DNA from: Elusimicrobiota bacterium | GTDB lineage: Bacteria > Elusimicrobiota > JBDRON01 | Length of the DNA: 64,000 nucleotides | Reading direction: 5' to 3' | Assembly (NCBI GenBank): GCA_043810025.1 | Contig: JBDRON010000056.1 | Location: 19,377 to 83,376, forward strand | In this document: piece after piece, positions 1-9,510 of the stretch | How the letters are laid out: every line of letters begins with the position of its first letter | How positions within the stretch are numbered: the stretch's first letter is position 1 | Position numbers and translations under genes: made by a program | The notes under the pieces: generated by a model | The model's input: only the letters and a program-made list of their open reading frames with translations | Told to the model about the DNA's origin: nothing | Databases searched by the model: none

Positions 1-22
1 ACAGCTCAAAGTTAAAGTTATC

Positions 23-3000
23 GTGGTGCGCCGAATAACCGGGGGTTTTAAGACTTTGGATAACCGGCGAACGGTGACGATTAGCGCTCAAGATCCCAAT
101 TATAAAGAGTTTTTTACCCAAACGGTTAAGCTTAACGAGTTAGGCAGCGCCAGTGTCAGTCTGGAAATACCGCAAGGCCGTCTGCTGGGCCGCTATACCC
201 TCAATGCTCAAAGTTCTGATGGGCAGTTTAGCAACAGCAGCGCGATTAATTTTTCCGTTGAGGAATATAAGCGGCCGGAGTTTGAGCTTAGTTTAAAACC
301 GGCGGAGAAGGTTTGGAAATATGATCAGCCGGTAGAGGTTAAAGGTTCGGCCAAATATTATTTTGGCGGAGCGGTACCGTCAGCGGTCATTAAATACCGG
401 ATTAAGCGGCAAAGTTATATTCCCTGGTGTTACCGTTATTGGTTTGCGGAAAATTATACCGGATCTCCACAGGAGATGGCCAGCGGAGAATTGAAAACTG
501 ACGCGGAAGGCAATTTTTCGATTCCTTTTACGCCGACCGGTGGACAGGGTGGATATGCGGGTAATATTCCGGAGATCGCCCGGTTTGTGGTGGAAGTGGA
601 GGGAAGAGATGCCGGCGGCCGGACGATCCAGACAGAGCAAACTTATCAAGCCAGCCGGCAGGCGTTCTATTTTGCCGTCCAGCCGCAGAAAGGTTTTTAT
701 CGGGAAAAAGAAAAAATTGGGATAGAAACTAAACTGTTGACGATTAACGACGCGCCGCTGGCCGGTAAAGCTGATTTTCAAGCGTTTGTCTTAGCCAATC
801 AGCCGGCTAAACCGTTGTCCGAAAGCCGTCACCAATCTGGAGGAATATGGACGCCGCCGCTCGATCTGCAGTTAAAGGATGTGCCGAATGCGGAATTGGT
901 GGAAGAAGGAGAAATTAAGTATGGTCAGGATGGGCAGACCATTATAAACTTGCGGTCACTGCCCCAGGGGGTGTATCGGATCCGATTAAAATCCCAAGAT
1001 CAGTGGGGCGGGGAAGTTGAACAAAACAAAATTTTTGTGGTCGCAAAAAGCGTAAAAGAGGCCGTGCCTGTGCCCGCGGCTTCAGTGACGCTGGTGGAAA
1101 AAGACGAATATCAAGTTGGCCGGACGGCCCGGCTGCTGATCGGTTCGGCGCTGGCCGGCGGCCGTTACTGGGTGGAAATCTGGGCGGGTGAATATTTTTT
1201 GCGCAGTGAGTTTATCGACCGCGGTCAGCCGGTGCAGTTAATCGAAATACCGGTGACCGAAGCGCTGAAAGGCGGGTTTACCGTGCGCTGGTTCGGAGTT
1301 AAAGATTTGGATGTTTACGCCGGCCAGACGGTAATTGCCGTACCCTGGAAAGAAAAAAAACTTACTTTAAGTTTAGAGCCTTTTAGCAAAAAACTAAAAC
1401 CGGGAGAAAAAATTAACTGGGGACTGAGAGTAAAAAATTTTGCCGGCCAGCCGCAAAAAGCGGAGGCGCTGGTTTTAATGTACGACCGTTCCTTAGAATA
1501 TTATCGGACTTCCCAAAACCCCTGGCTGGATAATCTTTATGCCTTAAAACCTCAGCCTTATAATTATCTGAATTCGGTTTTTGACCCGCCAACAATCCAT
1601 CTCCCGATTACCGAAGGACTGCTGGAAAAAGTACTGCGCTCTTTTCGTCAACCGTCGCCAGGGCCGGCGCTGCCCGGTTTGCGTACCCGCCGCACCTGGT
1701 CACAGGGGTATGATCTTGATAGTTTCGCGAATTTTGGAAGTGAGTATAAAGGTAAAAACAATGTAATGAGAAAAGAGATGGCCAGTGTTGTTTTGGAAGA
1801 CAACAAAAGAGATGCTGAAGGTCGGGGAATTGTGAAATCTTCGTCACTCCCTGATGCCTCCGGCTCAGCAGCCGGCAAACCGTATGCTGGTGCACTCAGC
1901 AAAGTCGAAGCGCGCAAAACTTTTGCCGACACCGCCTTTTTTAAACCGCAGATTAGCACCGCGCTGGACGGCCGGGGTAAATTTTCTTTCACCGCTCCCG
2001 AACAGTTAACCAGCTGGCGGATAAAAATGTTTGCTTTTACTAAAGACGCGCAGGAAGGTATTTTGGTGGAAGAAGCCCAAACCCAAAAAGAGCTGATGGT
2101 CCGCTTGGACCTGCCGCGGTTTTTCCGGGAGAAAGACCAGGGAACAGTGACAGCGATTGTGCACAACGAGTCCGAAGTGGAGCAGGAAGGGGAGCTGCTT
2201 ATGGAGATCAGGGAAAACAAACAATTGATTAACGAAAAATTGCAACTGGCCGCCCCTCAGAAACATTTTAAGATTAAACCTCATCAGCTGGCCAGTTTTA
2301 ATTGGCTGGTGAAAATTCCCGCAGGGGTAACTAATTACCAGGTGAAGGCTGCCGCGGTTAGTAAAAAACTTTCCGATGTCGAGGAAAGGGAACTGCCGAT
2401 CCTGCCTTCCCGCCAGCGGTTAAGCGAATCGGCTTTCACGGTTTTGTCCGGTGATGTATCGCGAAAATTGGCCATCGTTCTGAAAGCCGATCCGACCCGG
2501 ATTAACGAAACGATGGTCTTGCAAATTGATCCTCAACTGGCGCTAACTATTTTGAATACGATCCCCTTTTTGATCGAGTATCCTTACCATTGCGTGGAAC
2601 AGCTGTTAAATAAATATGTGCCTTTAAGTATCGTTAACGAACTGTACAAAAAATATCCGAATATCCAAAAAGCGGTCAGTAAAATTCCCAAACGCCAGAC
2701 GGTTACGCCGGACTGGGAGAAAGACGATCCCCGCCGGCTGCTTAGCTTAATGGAAACGCCCTGGGTCTGGGAATCGGAAGGGCGTCCGGCCCCCTGGCCG
2801 CTGATCGATCTGCTTGATCCCCAGATCGTGGAAAATCAAAAAAACAATATTCTGGAACAGCTGCAATCCGCCCAACTGTCCAACGGCGCTTTCCCCTGGT
2901 GGCCGGGCGGCGAGGCTGATCCTTATATCACCCTTTATGTGCTGGCCGGTCTGGCCGAAGCCCGTCGTTATGGGGTAGAGATGCCCAAACAGCTGGTAGA

Positions 3001-4180
3001 AAAAGCCCTGCGTTATGTCAACTATGAAATACCGCGCCGTTTGACCGCTGAAGAATACAACCTCAGTCTGGTAGCCTACGCCGGCTATGTGCTTACCTCA
3101 TTTTCCCCGCAGGAGTTTTCCGCGGCAAAAAACGGACACACCGCCGCCAAATCCTGGGTGGTCTTCCTGGAACGGCATCTTCAGGCGCTGCCCCCCTTGG
3201 GGAAAGCTTATCTGGCCTACACCTATTGGCGGCTGGGTAATAAGGATCAAGCGAACAAAGTATTGGCTATGGCTTTAGACGGAGCGCGGGATGATTCTCT
3301 CACCGGTGTTTACTGGACACCGGAAAAATATTCCTGGGTCTGGTATGCGGATACGGTGGAAAAACATGCCTTCTTTTTGCGCGCCCTGCAGGAGCTGCGT
3401 CCGAAAGATAGCCGGATCCCGGGGATGGTGCGCTGGTTATTGTTCAGCCGGAAAGGAACTGTTTGGAAATCGACGAAAGCTTCCGTGGCCGCCGTTTTTT
3501 CTTTACTGGATTATCTTAACCAGCAAGGAGCGTTAAGCGGTGAGGAAAATTTTAAGATTAAATGGGGTGACCGTATCGACTCGGTAGTCGTCAAAGCCGA
3601 CGATTGGCTGGATAAACCTTTGCGCTGGCAGGAGAAAGGTTTTGAGATTACCCCGGATAAACAATCGGCAATCGTCGAGAAAAAAGGTCCGGGGGTGGCC
3701 TTCGCCAGTCTGCACTGGACCTATTCCACCGATCAGATACCGGAAGCTTCCACGCCCGGCTTGCTGGAACTAAAACGGATTTTTTACCGGCGGGTGAAAG
3801 AAGGCCGGGAGTATCATCTTAAACCGTTGGTTTCCGGTGATACTATCCACGTGGGCGACCAAATTGAAGTCCAGCTAAAAATCAACACCCGCAGCCGGTT
3901 CGAATATATGCACCTGAAAGATCCGAAAACCGCCGGTTTCGAAGCCGAAACCCTGCTCAGCGGCTGGAAATACGACCCGCTTTCCTTCTACGAGGAGCCG
4001 CGCGATTCGCTAACCAATTTTTTCTTAAGCCGGCTGCCCCACGGCGAATACATTCTGCGCTACCGCCTCAGACCAACCAAACCCGGCCTATACCGCGTCG
4101 GCGCCGCCACTCTGCAGTCGATGTACTCCCCGGAAATGACCGCCCACAGCGCCGGCTTTGTGATTAAGGTGGGGGAGTAA
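23..4180 (+). CDS. alpha-2-macroglobulin family protein (bacterial A2M, thioester-containing); 5' partial, ORF open to window start
   Basis: 1385-aa ORF running from the window edge; thioester-type motif CxEQ present (YPYHCVEQLL); very large multi-domain size; hydrophobic alpha/alpha-toroid-like region LAGLAEARRYG. Confidence 0.75.
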   Translation: MVRRITGGFKTLDNRRTVTISAQDPNYKEFFTQTVKLNELGSASVSLEIPQGRLLGRYTLNAQSSDGQFSNSSAINFSVEEYKRPEFELSLKPAEKVWKYDQPVEVKGSAKYYFGGAVPSAVIKYRIKRQSYIPWCYRYWFAENYTGSPQEMASGELKTDAEGNFSIPFTPTGGQGGYAGNIPEIARFVVEVEGRDAGGRTIQTEQTYQASRQAFYFAVQPQKGFYREKEKIGIETKLLTINDAPLAGKADFQAFVLANQPAKPLSESRHQSGGIWTPPLDLQLKDVPNAELVEEGEIKYGQDGQTIINLRSLPQGVYRIRLKSQDQWGGEVEQNKIFVVAKSVKEAVPVPAASVTLVEKDEYQVGRTARLLIGSALAGGRYWVEIWAGEYFLRSEFIDRGQPVQLIEIPVTEALKGGFTVRWFGVKDLDVYAGQTVIAVPWKEKKLTLSLEPFSKKLKPGEKINWGLRVKNFAGQPQKAEALVLMYDRSLEYYRTSQNPWLDNLYALKPQPYNYLNSVFDPPTIHLPITEGLLEKVLRSFRQPSPGPALPGLRTRRTWSQGYDLDSFANFGSEYKGKNNVMRKEMASVVLEDNKRDAEGRGIVKSSSLPDASGSAAGKPYAGALSKVEARKTFADTAFFKPQISTALDGRGKFSFTAPEQLTSWRIKMFAFTKDAQEGILVEEAQTQKELMVRLDLPRFFREKDQGTVTAIVHNESEVEQEGELLMEIRENKQLINEKLQLAAPQKHFKIKPHQLASFNWLVKIPAGVTNYQVKAAAVSKKLSDVEERELPILPSRQRLSESAFTVLSGDVSRKLAIVLKADPTRINETMVLQIDPQLALTILNTIPFLIEYPYHCVEQLLNKYVPLSIVNELYKKYPNIQKAVSKIPKRQTVTPDWEKDDPRRLLSLMETPWVWESEGRPAPWPLIDLLDPQIVENQKNNILEQLQSAQLSNGAFPWWPGGEADPYITLYVLAGLAEARRYGVEMPKQLVEKALRYVNYEIPRRLTAEEYNLSLVAYAGYVLTSFSPQEFSAAKNGHTAAKSWVVFLERHLQALPPLGKAYLAYTYWRLGNKDQANKVLAMALDGARDDSLTGVYWTPEKYSWVWYADTVEKHAFFLRALQELRPKDSRIPGMVRWLLFSRKGTVWKSTKASVAAVFSLLDYLNQQGALSGEENFKIKWGDRIDSVVVKADDWLDKPLRWQEKGFEITPDKQSAIVEKKGPGVAFASLHWTYSTDQIPEASTPGLLELKRIFYRRVKEGREYHLKPLVSGDTIHVGDQIEVQLKINTRSRFEYMHLKDPKTAGFEAETLLSGWKYDPLSFYEEPRDSLTNFFLSRLPHGEYILRYRLRPTKPGLYRVGAATLQSMYSPEMTAHSAGFVIKVGE

Positions 4181-4353
4181 AAATACAACGATTAGTCGAT
4201 TTAAAAAATCCGTGGTGAAGGGATAGGCATTTACAAGTTAAGCAACGTAGGAAACAACGTCCCCTAGTTTTTGCTCTTTTTTTCTTGCCTTTTATAAAAA
4301 ACTTTGTTATATTCACTATTTTAGTTCTGGCAGCTCCTTTTAGAGGAAGATCA

Positions 4354-4707
4354 ATGAATAATTATGGGCAAATCTTAATTTTCTTGCTGGTGGGGGTAGC
4401 TTTTGTTTTTGTTTCCCTGATGATGGCTTATTTGGTCCGCAGTGTTTCCGGCGGTCTGCAGAAAGCCTCTACTTATGAGTGCGGCGAGGAAGCGGTTGGC
4501 CAGTCCTGGGTGCAGTTCAATGTTCGTTACTATGTATTTGCCTTGATTTTTGTGATCTTCGATGTGGAAACGATTTTTTTGTATCCCTGGGCGGTGGTTT
4601 TTAAAAGTTTAGGATTATTTGCTTTTGTGGAGATGATAATTTTTATCGGGATACTGGGTTTAGGGCTGGCTTACGCCTGGCGCAAAGGGGCCTTGCTGTG
4701 GGGTTAG
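4354..4707 (+). CDS. nuoA: NADH-quinone oxidoreductase subunit A
   Basis: Three-TM small protein [14 protein letters not shown]...; GAGGAAG RBS 6-8 nt upstream of ATG 4354 (the track ORF from 4285 is an N-terminal over-extension); first gene of the nuo cluster. Confidence 0.88.
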   Translation: MNNYGQILIFLLVGVAFVFVSLMMAYLVRSVSGGLQKASTYECGEEAVGQSWVQFNVRYYVFALIFVIFDVETIFLYPWAVVFKSLGLFAFVEMIIFIGILGLGLAYAWRKGALLWG

Positions 4708-5246
4708 AATTAGAAAAAGAAAATAAAATGGGGATTATTTTGGATAAAGCCCCGCTGATTCTGGAGAAAATACCCGGCGGAGGGATTGTTTTAACCACGA
4801 TGGATTTTTTTGTCAACTGGGCGCGCGAGTCTTCCTTGTGGCCGTTAACTTTTGGGCTGGCTTGCTGCGCGATTGAAATGATGTGCGCTTACGCTTCCCG
4901 GTTTGATTTCGACCGCTTGGGGGTTTTCCCCCGGCCGACACCCCGCCAAGCCGATCTGATGATTGTGGCCGGTACGGTAACCAAAAAAATGGCTTGTCGT
5001 CTGGAGCGGCTTTATCAACAGATGCCCGAACCGCGGTTTGTTGTTTCGATGGGGTCGTGTTCGAACAGCGGCGGCCCTTTTTTTGATTCTTATTCCGTTG
5101 TTAAAGGTGTGGATAAAATTGTTCCGGTGGACATTTACATCCCCGGCTGTCCGCCCCGCCCGGAAGCGTTGATTTACGGGGTAATGCAGCTGCAGAAAAA
5201 AATCGAAAAGATGAAGCTGTTGGAGTTAAGTAAAAGAAAATTGTAG
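4698..5246 (+). CDS. nuoB: NADH-quinone oxidoreductase subunit B (N2 Fe-S cluster)
   Basis: Conserved motifs [18 protein letters not shown] and IPGCPPRPE; overlaps the nuoA stop. Confidence 0.92.
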   Translation: MGLELEKENKMGIILDKAPLILEKIPGGGIVLTTMDFFVNWARESSLWPLTFGLACCAIEMMCAYASRFDFDRLGVFPRPTPRQADLMIVAGTVTKKMACRLERLYQQMPEPRFVVSMGSCSNSGGPFFDSYSVVKGVDKIVPVDIYIPGCPPRPEALIYGVMQLQKKIEKMKLLELSKRKL

Positions 5247-5255
5247 TGAGGACAA

Positions 5256-5723
5256 TTGATGGATAAAGATAATTTATTTGCTTACATTGTCAATAAGTTT
5301 CCGTTTGTGGAAAAATTAGCGAATTTTTTGCCGGCGGAAGAACTGGCGCTAAAAGTTCCGAAAGAAATATTTTTTGAACTGGCCCGTTTGCTGAAAGAAG
5401 ATCCGACCCTGAATTTTGATTATCTTTCCTTTATTACCGCTGTCGATTATGCCGATCGTCTTGAAGTTGTTTATCATTTTTTTTCTTTTGAGCACCGGCA
5501 CAAAATTTTTTTAAAGATTGATGTTTCCAGGGATAAATCCGAAATTCCCTCGTTGTTCGGGCTTTGGCCGACGGCGAATTGGCACGAACGGGAAACGTAT
5601 GATTTGCTGGGAATAAATTTTATCGGTCACCCTGATTTGCGCCGGATTCTTTTACCGGCGGATTGGCCGGAAGGACCGCCGTTAAGAAAAGACTATCAGC
5701 ACCAGGCAGATAAATACGACTGA
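5256..5723 (+). CDS. nuoC: NADH-quinone oxidoreductase subunit C
   Basis: 155-aa NuoC/30-kDa subunit-like (WPTANWHERETYDLLGI); position between nuoB and nuoD; not fused to nuoD. Confidence 0.88.
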   Translation: MMDKDNLFAYIVNKFPFVEKLANFLPAEELALKVPKEIFFELARLLKEDPTLNFDYLSFITAVDYADRLEVVYHFFSFEHRHKIFLKIDVSRDKSEIPSLFGLWPTANWHERETYDLLGINFIGHPDLRRILLPADWPEGPPLRKDYQHQADKYD

Positions 5724-5724
5724 G

Positions 5725-6837
5725 ATGAATAGTACAGAAAAGTTGCAAACAGAGACGATGTATATTAATATGGGGCCGCAGCATCCTTCGACGCACGGGG
5801 TGCTGCGGTTGGGTTTGACTTTGGACGGAGAAGTCGTTACCGCGGCAGATCCGGACATCGGTTATTTACACCGGGGAATAGAAAAGCTGGCCGAGAAACG
5901 CAATTATTTTCAGTTTAACCCGCTGACTGACCGGTTGGATTATCTGGCCTCGATGTCCAATAATTTGGCCTATTGTTTAACCGTGGAAAAAATACTGGGG
6001 GTGGCCATACCGCCGCGGGCCCAGGTGCTTCGCGTAATTATGGCCGAGCTGCAGCGAATTGCCAGCCATCTGGTTTATTTTGGCACTTATGGGGTTGATC
6101 TGGGAGCCGTTACGCCCTTTATGTACGCTTTTCGCGACCGGGAAGTGATTGTCGATTTGTTTGAATCGGTTTGCGGCGCCCGTCTCACCTATAATTATAT
6201 CCGTATCGGCGGGGCGGCCGCTGATCTGCCGGAAGGTTTTGTTGAAAAAACAAAAATATTTATCCAATCGATGGGGCCGCATCTCCAGGATTATGACAAC
6301 CTGCTTTCCGATAATGCTATTTTTCTGGACCGAACCAAAGGGATCGGAATTATCTCTGGAGAAAAAGCGATCGCTTATGGCTTAAGCGGTCCCAATCTGC
6401 GGGCTTCCGGGATAAAGTTTGATTTGCGCAAAGACGAACCTTATTCCGGATACGACCAATATAATTTTGCCGTGCCGGTTGGGACCAGGGGTGATTGCTG
6501 GGATCGGTATTATTTAAGGATGTCCGAGATTCGGGAAAGTTTAAAGATTGTTGAACAGGCTTTGAACAAATTGCCGTCAGGCGAGTATCTGGCTAAGGTA
6601 CCGAAAGTATTGAAAGTCCCGGCGGGAGAAACTTATCAGCATATTGAGTCCCCGCGCGGGGATTTGGGGTTCTATCTGGTCAGTGACGGGACAGAAAAAC
6701 CTTACCGGCTGAAAATTCGGGCGCCCTCCTTTGTTAATTTGCAAATCCTGGGAGATATTATGCCGGGTGGAAAGATCGCCGACATCGTCGCTATTTTAGG
6801 CAGTATCGATATAGTTCTTGGGGAAGTGGATAGGTGA
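5725..6837 (+). CDS. nuoD: NADH-quinone oxidoreductase subunit D (49 kDa)
   Basis: 370 aa; NiFe-hydrogenase-large-subunit-like fold typical of NuoD (MYINMGPQHPSTHGVLRL...RAPSF). Confidence 0.93.
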   Translation: MNSTEKLQTETMYINMGPQHPSTHGVLRLGLTLDGEVVTAADPDIGYLHRGIEKLAEKRNYFQFNPLTDRLDYLASMSNNLAYCLTVEKILGVAIPPRAQVLRVIMAELQRIASHLVYFGTYGVDLGAVTPFMYAFRDREVIVDLFESVCGARLTYNYIRIGGAAADLPEGFVEKTKIFIQSMGPHLQDYDNLLSDNAIFLDRTKGIGIISGEKAIAYGLSGPNLRASGIKFDLRKDEPYSGYDQYNFAVPVGTRGDCWDRYYLRMSEIRESLKIVEQALNKLPSGEYLAKVPKVLKVPAGETYQHIESPRGDLGFYLVSDGTEKPYRLKIRAPSFVNLQILGDIMPGGKIADIVAILGSIDIVLGEVDR

Positions 6838-6865
6838 TAAAGGCTGGGGATCGTAAAAAGCGGAC

Positions 6866-6955
6866 AGGTCATGAGTCATGGGTTATGAGTTATGAGTTTA
6901 TAAAGAATAGAGTCTTTTAATCACAAGACACATGACTCATAACTTGTGACTTATT
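6866..6955. repeat. Family B long palindrome (tandem-heptamer arms + conserved AAAGAATAGAGTCTTTTAA centre), copy B1
   Basis: Arms GTCATGAGTCATGGGTTATGAGTTATGAG / CACAAGACACATGACTCATAACTTGTGAC; lies between nuoD and nuoH. Confidence 0.7.
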
Positions 6956-6982
6956 TTGGTAATTTAACAACCAAAGGTGATA

Positions 6983-8032
6983 ATGAGATATTTGGATATT
7001 GATTTTTGGGGTTCCTTTATTATTGAGCAGGCGCAGAAGTTCTGGCTTCAGTTTCATTTGCCGGCCGAACTGCTGACTTTGCTTTTCGGGTTGGTTAAAG
7101 CGGCGGCGGTCTTGGGGCTGATTCTGGTTACCGTGCTTTTTCTCGTTTGGTTGGAAAGGAAAATATCCGCTCATGTGCAGCTGCGGCTGGGACCGATGCG
7201 GACCGGCCGTTGGCATGGGTGGGCACAGACGATTGCCGATGCGATTAAATTGTTTCTAAAAGAGGACATTGTTCCGGAAGCGGCTGATCGTTGGATACAT
7301 TTTCTTGCTCCGGTGGTCACTTTTGTGCCGGCGCTTTTATGTTTTGCCGTGATCCCTTTTAGCCGGTTGATGGTGGCGGCAGATTTGAATGTCGGCTTGC
7401 TTTATGTTTTTTCCCTCAGTTCGATTACCGTAATCGGGATTATTATGGCCGGCTGGGGTTCAAATAACAAATATACTTTATTGGGTGGTATCCGCTCGGC
7501 GGCTCAGATGGTTTCCTACGAGATCCCGCGGGCGTTGTCGATTTTACCGGTGGTGATGTGGGCAGGCAGTTTAAAACTTTCGGAAATTGTTTTGGCGCAA
7601 AAGGGGATGTGGTTTATTGCCTATCCGGTGGTCGGCCAATTAGCTTTCCTTCTTTATCTGATTTCCTCGGTTGCCGAGACCAACCGCATACCGTTTGATT
7701 TACCGGAGGCGGAGGCGGAATTAGTGGCTGGATTTAATACGGAGTATTGCGGTCTGAAATTTGCCTTCTTCTTTTTATCGGAATTTGCTTATGTGTTCTT
7801 AGCCTCCGTTTTAGCCGCGGCGCTGTTTTTTGGCGGAGGGGCGGGTCCCTGGCTGCCGTCGTGGATCTGGTTTTTTGTTAAAACTTATGCGATAATTTTT
7901 CTTATTATGATGTTCCGCTGGACTTACCCGCGGCTTCGGGTTGACCGCTTAATGGATTTTAGCTGGAAATTTTTACTGCCGCTGGCCTTCATCAATATTG
8001 TCTTGGCCGGGATATTGTTTTTGATCTTTTAA
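6983..8032 (+). CDS. nuoH: NADH-quinone oxidoreductase subunit H
   Basis: Polytopic membrane protein with NuoH signature (WLERKISAHVQLRLGP, EAEAELVAGFNTEY); ATG 6983 lies after an AAAGG RBS, and the track alternative GTG 6977 is also possible. Confidence 0.9.
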   Translation: MRYLDIDFWGSFIIEQAQKFWLQFHLPAELLTLLFGLVKAAAVLGLILVTVLFLVWLERKISAHVQLRLGPMRTGRWHGWAQTIADAIKLFLKEDIVPEAADRWIHFLAPVVTFVPALLCFAVIPFSRLMVAADLNVGLLYVFSLSSITVIGIIMAGWGSNNKYTLLGGIRSAAQMVSYEIPRALSILPVVMWAGSLKLSEIVLAQKGMWFIAYPVVGQLAFLLYLISSVAETNRIPFDLPEAEAELVAGFNTEYCGLKFAFFFLSEFAYVFLASVLAAALFFGGGAGPWLPSWIWFFVKTYAIIFLIMMFRWTYPRLRVDRLMDFSWKFLLPLAFINIVLAGILFLIF

Positions 8033-8095
8033 ATAGTAGTTTTATTGTTTATTCTTGAACCCTCGAACCCTTTGCTTCTGAAGGAAGTATATTTT

Positions 8096-8503
8096 ATGAA
8101 CTATCTGAAACATGTCTTAATCTCAGCGCTTAGTTTGCTTAAAGGACTACTGGTCACTTTCCGCTATTTGTTTAAACCGGCGATTACTGTGCAGTATCCC
8201 TGGCAAAAAGTTGCCCTTAGCCCGCGGTATCGGGGTTTTTTGGAATTTAACGCCAAGACCTGCATCGTCTGCGGGATGTGCGTGAAAGCCTGCCCGGTGC
8301 AGTGTATTGCGTTGACGACGACTAAGGATGCCAACGGTAAAAGAGTTTTAGCCGGTTACGCGATCAATTTTAGCCTTTGCCAGTTTTGCCGGCTTTGTGA
8401 GGAAAGTTGTCCGGTGGCGGATAAATCGATAAAGCACGGTCAGAAATACGAAGTTTGTTTTACCAAACGGGAAGAGATGAATATTGTGATGTATCAAATC
8501 TGA
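8096..8503 (+). CDS. nuoI: NADH-quinone oxidoreductase subunit I (2x[4Fe-4S] ferredoxin-type)
   Basis: Two CxxCxxCxxxCP motifs (CIVCGMCVKACP, CQFCRLCEESCP); AAGGAAG RBS before ATG 8096 (the track start 8045 is an over-extension). Confidence 0.9.
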   Translation: MNYLKHVLISALSLLKGLLVTFRYLFKPAITVQYPWQKVALSPRYRGFLEFNAKTCIVCGMCVKACPVQCIALTTTKDANGKRVLAGYAINFSLCQFCRLCEESCPVADKSIKHGQKYEVCFTKREEMNIVMYQI

Positions 8504-8526
8504 TTTTTGCGTAGGGAGTTAACAAC

Positions 8527-9024
8527 TTGAATTTACCTTTAATGATTTTTTATGGATTAGCGGCCTTAGTTGTGGCGGGCGCCTTAGGCGCGGTGCTGTT
8601 TAAAAACTTGATGCATAGCGCTTTGTCTTTAATCCTGAGTTTGTTTTTTGTAGCCGGTATTTTTTTTATGTTGGAAGCGGATTTCCTGGCGGTTGTCCAG
8701 ATCATGTTGTATGTCGGCGGGATCACAGTTTTGATTTTATTTGTGATCATGCTGACCTACAGATTAACCGATAAAGATATCCGACAAACTAACCATCAGG
8801 TTTTGCCGGCGGGGATTGCCGGTTTGGGATTAATCTTCGTCTTTTTATTAATTCTGAGCAAAACTAAATTTGTCTTTGATCCCGGTGCGGCCCAGGACAA
8901 CTCCGTGGTAATTATCGGCAAACTTTTGTTAACAAAATATGTTTTGCCTTTTGAGGCGGCCGGTATACTGCTTTTAGTCGCGATGGTTGGCGCCATCCTA
9001 ATGGCCAGAAAAGAAGAAAAATAA
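8527..9024 (+). CDS. nuoJ: NADH-quinone oxidoreductase subunit J
   Basis: 165-aa, 5-TM NuoJ-like; TTG/ATG start ambiguity (TTG 8527 or ATG 8542). Confidence 0.85.
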   Translation: MNLPLMIFYGLAALVVAGALGAVLFKNLMHSALSLILSLFFVAGIFFMLEADFLAVVQIMLYVGGITVLILFVIMLTYRLTDKDIRQTNHQVLPAGIAGLGLIFVFLLILSKTKFVFDPGAAQDNSVVIIGKLLLTKYVLPFEAAGILLLVAMVGAILMARKEEK

Positions 9025-9028
9025 ACGA

Positions 9029-9063
9029 GTTAGTTGTAGGGAACGGTCGCGACCGTTCCGCAT
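9029..9063. repeat. Family D palindrome GTTAGTTGTAGGGAACGGTCGCGACCGTTCCGC, copy D1
   Basis: Perfect 20-bp palindrome GGAACGGTCGCGACCGTTCC directly after the nuoJ stop. Confidence 0.65.
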
Positions 9064-9084
9064 CGATAATTTGAGGTTTTGATC

Positions 9085-9393
9085 ATGGTGACAATATATC
9101 ATTATCTGGTTTTGAGTTGTATACTGTTTGCGATTGGCGTCTTTGGCGCTTTGACCCGGCGGAACATTTTGGGTATTTTAATTAGTTTGGAATTAATTTT
9201 TAACGCGGCCAATATCAATTTAATCGCTTTTTCTCACTATTTGCCTTCTTCGGAGATCGTCGGACAAATTTTTGCCATTTTTGTGATCGCTGTCGCCGCG
9301 GCTGAAGCGGTGGTCGGTCTGGCTTTAGTCTTAGCTCTCTATCGAAACACAAAAGAAGTTTTTGCCGAAAAAATGAACATTATGAAAGGATAA
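9085..9393 (+). CDS. nuoK: NADH-quinone oxidoreductase subunit K
   Basis: 100-aa, 3-TM NuoK (ILISLELIFNAANINLIAF); GAGG RBS before ATG 9085. Confidence 0.9.
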   Translation: MVTIYHYLVLSCILFAIGVFGALTRRNILGILISLELIFNAANINLIAFSHYLPSSEIVGQIFAIFVIAVAAAEAVVGLALVLALYRNTKEVFAEKMNIMKG

Positions 9394-9410
9394 ATCAACC
9401 GTATAATATT

Positions 9411-9505
9411 GGTCGTGAGTCATGAGTCTTGGGTTATGAGCTTGAAAGGAATCGATTCTTTTAGACTCAAGACTCATAACGCATGACTCAGGACTTGTAA
9501 CTTGC
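9411..9505. repeat. Family B palindrome, copy B2
   Basis: GGTCGTGAGTCATGAGTCTTGGGTTATGAGCTTGAAAGGAATCGATTCTTTTAGACTCAAGACTCATAACGCATGACTCAGGACTTG; between nuoK and nuoL. Confidence 0.7.
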
Positions 9506-9510
9506 TAACT

